From Methanobacteriota archaeon (lineage in GTDB: Bacteria > Myxococcota > UBA727 > JABDBI01), in assembly GCA_013288705.1 (NCBI GenBank), contig JABDBI010000008.1, positions 3,036-67,035 of the forward strand: DNA of 64,000 nt, given 5' to 3'. The notes under the pieces were generated by a model that was not told the origin of the DNA, ran no database searches, and worked only from the letters and a program-made list of their open reading frames with translations. A program made the position numbers and the translations under genes. This document shows positions 60,002 to 64,000 of the stretch, in pieces. Numbering within the stretch: position 1 is the stretch's first letter; each line of letters opens with the position of its first letter.

Positions 60002-62125
60002 ATGCGTTTGAGGTTATATTTCTTCTTGCTTCTTGTTCTCACGTTAACGGCATTCCAATGTGATTTTGGCACATTGAAAAAGTTTGGGTGGGACACTGAG
60101 ACGCTGAATGAGCCTGCGGCTCCTGTCAACGACGAGCCGACCGTAGGCGGCAAAGCGAGAGTGAATCCCGCGACGCCGCCAGCAGGAACCACGCCTCCAA
60201 CGGGCACAACACCGCCACCAGACGATAATGGGCCACCGGGCGGACAACCACCACCACCACCACCGGCAGACACGAACAATGGCGGTGCTGCAAACACGGC
60301 TGCGCCGCGGGGTGTTCGATCGCCATGGAACACGATCTTACCTTATGATCACCAATTCACCACTGCTGCATTTGACGCCCAGGGCAATATTTGGCTTGGC
60401 ACAAAAGCTGGTGGATTGATCAAGTACAACGAGACCACCAAGCAAGCGATTGTCTATCGGCAATCCACAAGCCGTATCACGTCGGATCATGTGACTGCGA
60501 TTGGGTTTGATGCACAAAATATTTATGTTGGTACGGAAAAGGGTTTGAATATTCTCACGGGGACGAGGTGGTCAGCACCGACGGAGCTGGCGCATCCTGT
60601 TCGCGGTATTGGTGACAAATATGTGGCGACGGAAGAGGCACTTTGGCATTTTGCGGCCGATGGCTGGAAGAAAGTCGATGGTCCAACCGGCATGACGGAT
60701 AAGATCACCGCTTTTGCCAACAAAGGTGGCGTGTTGTGGCTTGGTACGGAGAAGGGCTTGTGGAAAAAAGACGCCACCGGCTGGTCTGAAGTGACAGATG
60801 TGAAGCACCCAGTAACGGCGATCGCGTTTACTGGTGATGATTGGATATGGGTGGGAACAAAGGGCAAGGGACTATATGTATTTAACAAGACTGTGTGGAA
60901 AGACATTCTGGCTCAACATGACATTACGCAAATGGCTGTTCATGGCAATCAGCTTTGGGTGATTGGCGACCACAAAATTTTTCTGCGACGCGACCAAGAT
61001 ACCGACATATTTGTGCCAAGATATATAAGCAGCGCGCAGTGGTCCGCACTTGCTATTCAGGAGGCTCGGGGAGAAATACTCTTTGCCGGAGCAACAAATA
61101 TTGCCGGTGTTCTGAAAAAGGACTCGACAGCAGCTCTGGCCGACGACGGCGCGACAAAGATCCCATTGACAGGCTTGGTAAGCAAGCAAATCCTCAAACT
61201 GGCTTTACGAAACAAAGACAACAAATCCGAATTATGGATCGGGACCGACAAAGGCTTGCAGCGTTACGACTATGAATCGAAATCGATCAACGCAACCTAT
61301 GTGGCGACGCCAGGCCAGCTCGACGACAACCACATCGATGAGTTAGGTGTTACGCAGGATGGCGAGGTATGGGTGGTTGACCATGGAAACAGCGCAAAGC
61401 ACTTTGATCCAGACAGTACAGCTGCGCATTGGACAGTCCTTTCCAGGCATCATACGACGATGGCAAGGCACTTTGGGGCAATTCTTGCTACTAATAACAA
61501 CAATGCATATATTATAGCTATTACTTACAATTACTCCTACCCCGCAATTGGCATTTTTAACGCATCTAGCAAGCGGATACAAAAAATTCAGTTCGCTACT
61601 GCAGGTAACATCACAGCCATAGGCTTCGTCGGTCCACACCAATGGTATGCCACCTCGAAAAAGGGTATCTACGTATACGATGGCCTGACTGAAAATAGCG
61701 CCTTCCGGAGAGTGATAGAAGTGGCCTTGCATGATCGACATCCCGCCATTAATGTCATGCGCAGCGATAAGCATGATGCTCCCGAACATGTATGGGTCGG
61801 TTCTAATGGAAAAGGCGTCACCCGAATAGATATGCTGCAACTCATCAACCACCCGGAGGGGGCTGCATCGGTGCATGGGTTAGAGGGTAAGACTGTCAAA
61901 GCCATTGCTGTCGACAAGGCGAAAAACGCATGGTTCGCTACCATCGACGGTCTAGAGAGCTTTAATGGTACTGAATGGAAGTCTTACGTAGTTGATCCAA
62001 GTCTTCCTCGAGGCTTAAAATCCAACCACATCAACGATTTGCTCTACGACGCCACCAACGATATCCTGTGGATTGCCACCAACGATGGCCTCACAAGTCT
62101 ACAGCCATCCCTGCTTGCGAAATAG
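60002..62125 (+). CDS. Surface lipoprotein: Pro-rich linker plus double beta-propeller
   Basis: Signal ending AFQC; poly-Pro linker; many W+GT..GL blades. Confidence 0.8.
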   Translation: MRLRLYFFLLLVLTLTAFQCDFGTLKKFGWDTETLNEPAAPVNDEPTVGGKARVNPATPPAGTTPPTGTTPPPDDNGPPGGQPPPPPPADTNNGGAANTAAPRGVRSPWNTILPYDHQFTTAAFDAQGNIWLGTKAGGLIKYNETTKQAIVYRQSTSRITSDHVTAIGFDAQNIYVGTEKGLNILTGTRWSAPTELAHPVRGIGDKYVATEEALWHFAADGWKKVDGPTGMTDKITAFANKGGVLWLGTEKGLWKKDATGWSEVTDVKHPVTAIAFTGDDWIWVGTKGKGLYVFNKTVWKDILAQHDITQMAVHGNQLWVIGDHKIFLRRDQDTDIFVPRYISSAQWSALAIQEARGEILFAGATNIAGVLKKDSTAALADDGATKIPLTGLVSKQILKLALRNKDNKSELWIGTDKGLQRYDYESKSINATYVATPGQLDDNHIDELGVTQDGEVWVVDHGNSAKHFDPDSTAAHWTVLSRHHTTMARHFGAILATNNNNAYIIAITYNYSYPAIGIFNASSKRIQKIQFATAGNITAIGFVGPHQWYATSKKGIYVYDGLTENSAFRRVIEVALHDRHPAINVMRSDKHDAPEHVWVGSNGKGVTRIDMLQLINHPEGAASVHGLEGKTVKAIAVDKAKNAWFATIDGLESFNGTEWKSYVVDPSLPRGLKSNHINDLLYDATNDILWIATNDGLTSLQPSLLAK

Positions 62126-62172
62126 CTGAGCGTTGAGAACAGTTATAGCCGTAAACCACCGGAGGTATCACC

Positions 62173-62520
62173 ATGACCAGAATTTGCGGCGCTAGCGGCG
62201 GGTACGTCACGCATCAGCAGGCACCTGAGGAAAATCTCAATGATCGTTCCACGAGTAACGCCAAACGCATTGTCGAGCGCGGCGTTGAAACCGGCAACCG
62301 CTTTGCCATGGGTCGCGGCTACAAGGGCATCTCATCTCAGCCTGTTGATTTTTCGAAAGAAGTGAGACCCTCTCGAGCACAATCGATTTATCTGCATAAA
62401 AGAAACGGAGATATTCACAAGATAGGAGAAGTCATGCCGGAGAAAATCATTGGTGGGGCACTCAAATCTTCTGTAGAAATTGCTGAAGAAATTCGCATGC
62501 TAATTCTCGGAGCGAGATGA
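62173..62520 (+). CDS. Small orphan protein
   Basis: RBS GGAGGT; stop overlaps the ligA start (ATGA). Confidence 0.6.
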   Translation: MTRICGASGGYVTHQQAPEENLNDRSTSNAKRIVERGVETGNRFAMGRGYKGISSQPVDFSKEVRPSRAQSIYLHKRNGDIHKIGEVMPEKIIGGALKSSVEIAEEIRMLILGAR

Positions 62521-64000
62521 CAAGTCAGGATATTTTAAAAAAAAGCACTGAGCTTCTGGCTCAGTTATCTCATATGGATGCCGACCAACTCGAGCAGTTG
62601 GTGCGGCACCATAATGTGGCTTATTTTGCGCAGAATGCGCCGGAGATCACAGACGAAGCGTTTGACAAGTTGGTAGAAGCGCTTCGCGTTGCTCGACCAG
62701 AGTCACCAGTGCTCGATGAAATCGGCGTTGATATCGCGGAGGGGGGCGCTGCCAACTTCGACGCCGTCGTTCATAAACGCCCCATGCTATCGCTCGACAA
62801 ATGCTATGACGATGCGACGTTTTTAAAATGGCGCGAGAAAATTCGCGGGCCTGTGATCGCCATGGCTAAAATCGATGGAGTGGCCTGCTCTATCCATTAC
62901 GATGCGCATGGGCACCTGGTGCTAAGCGCTACACGCGGCGATGGCAAACAAGGAGAAAATGTCACGGCCAATGTGAGTCGCATTACAGATGTCCCCACGC
63001 AGATCGCGAAGCATGTGCTCGGCGAAGACGGTCTGGAAGTGCGCGGCGAAGTGCACATGAAATTGTCGCGCTTTAAAAAGCATTATGCGAGTCAGTTTGC
63101 CAATCCACGCAATTTAGCAGCAGGTGCGTTGAAGCAAAAAGAGATGGAGAAATCTGCCGCGTATGGGCTGTCGTTTTTTCCTTATGACATTCGGGGGGCG
63201 GCGCTTGCGAGTGAGCAAGAGAAATTTGGCTTGCTCAAAGAGCTTGGCTTCTCTCCTCCACACATCGTTGTGTGCAACGATGACAAAGACGTTATAGAAG
63301 CGGTGCGTACTTTTGCGAAGGAACGCGAGACACTCGACTATGAAATAGACGGCGTGGTATTTCGTGCCGATCGAATCAGCGAGCAAGAGCGGCTTGGTGA
63401 GACTGCTCACCACCCACGTTTTGCCATCGCTTACAAATTTCAAGGCGATAGTGCGCAAACGGAACTCGTCGATGTGGAATGGTCGGTGGCGCGTATGGGC
63501 GTAATTACACCCGTGGCGATTGTGCGACCCGTGTTTGTCTCCGGGGCAACAGTCACGCGCGCCTCGCTGCACAACTTGGGCATGTTCAAAGAGCTTGCGT
63601 TGAGCAAAAACGCGCGGGTCGAAATCGTTCGTCGTGGTGGTGTGATTCCGCATGTAGAACGCGTGCTCGCGCCCGGAGGCGAACCATTCGCTGTTCCGAC
63701 TGCGTGTCCTTCTTGTGGCGGTCCAGTGATTGAGGACGGCGACTTTTTGCGTTGTGAGCACCCCGAGCGATGCCCACAGGTCATTGTGTCGCGTATCTTG
63801 CATTTTTGCGCCGTCATGGATCTGGAGGGATTTGGCGATAGGCTAGTGCAAACCTTGGTGAGCACAGGGCTGGTGAAGAAGCCGGCTGATTTGTATGGGC
63901 TGCAAATCAACGATTTGCTACCTCTCGAGCGCATGGGGAAGACGCTTGCTACGAAGCTTGTAGCGAGTGTGAATGCGAAACGCGAAGTGACACTGCCGGT
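62517..64000 (+). CDS. ligA: NAD-dependent DNA ligase (3'-partial; missing from the ORF track)
   Basis: Manual translation: RHHNVAYF..PEITDEAFD, PMLSLDK, KIDG, TRGDG..GENVT, EVRGE, ANPRNLAAG, AIAYKF, CPSC zinc finger; runs off the window. Confidence 0.95.
   Translation, partial: MTSQDILKKSTELLAQLSHMDADQLEQLVRHHNVAYFAQNAPEITDEAFDKLVEALRVARPESPVLDEIGVDIAEGGAANFDAVVHKRPMLSLDKCYDDATFLKWREKIRGPVIAMAKIDGVACSIHYDAHGHLVLSATRGDGKQGENVTANVSRITDVPTQIAKHVLGEDGLEVRGEVHMKLSRFKKHYASQFANPRNLAAGALKQKEMEKSAAYGLSFFPYDIRGAALASEQEKFGLLKELGFSPPHIVVCNDDKDVIEAVRTFAKERETLDYEIDGVVFRADRISEQERLGETAHHPRFAIAYKFQGDSAQTELVDVEWSVARMGVITPVAIVRPVFVSGATVTRASLHNLGMFKELALSKNARVEIVRRGGVIPHVERVLAPGGEPFAVPTACPSCGGPVIEDGDFLRCEHPERCPQVIVSRILHFCAVMDLEGFGDRLVQTLVSTGLVKKPADLYGLQINDLLPLERMGKTLATKLVASVNAKREVTLP

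Noticed and set aside
63114..63934. Minus-strand ORFs of 229 and 164 aa
   Set aside because: Shadow frames of ligA, which is on the plus strand.

Overview
Gene-dense bacterial chromosome segment with many overlapping starts and stops. A RomR-like protein, DUF4360 and Cys-tailed subtilases point to a Myxococcota/Bdellovibrionota-like lineage (inference). Positions 1-51 kb are mostly housekeeping: 3 tRNAs, bamD, murI, rpmB, groES/groEL, pssA, pdxJ, folE, trxB, uvrB, glpK, rpsN, miaE, transporters and a GS-like/Fe-ADH/ALDH cluster, with scattered orphan, effector-like ORFs. Positions 51-62 kb are an accessory hotspot. Three paralogous beta-propeller lipoprotein genes are interleaved with putative defence-type cassettes: two AAA-ATPase/wHTH/PD-(D/E)XK (DUF234-type) genes and an AbiE toxin-antitoxin pair with a split toxin. 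The most striking structure is a tandem A-cargo-B / A-cargo-B arrangement (54795-58531) in which the same ~112-bp and ~116-bp arms enclose different cargo, with no integrase or transposase in the window. A second ATPase cassette lies between 39-bp duplicates of the scoB 3' end, and each cargo has its own operator-like palindrome. Also notable: a REP-like doublet in-frame inside tonB, a FolE with altered triphosphate-binding residues, and a small orphan with two Lifeact-like motifs. The window ends in the 5' part of ligA. All family calls come from motif recognition by eye, not database searches.
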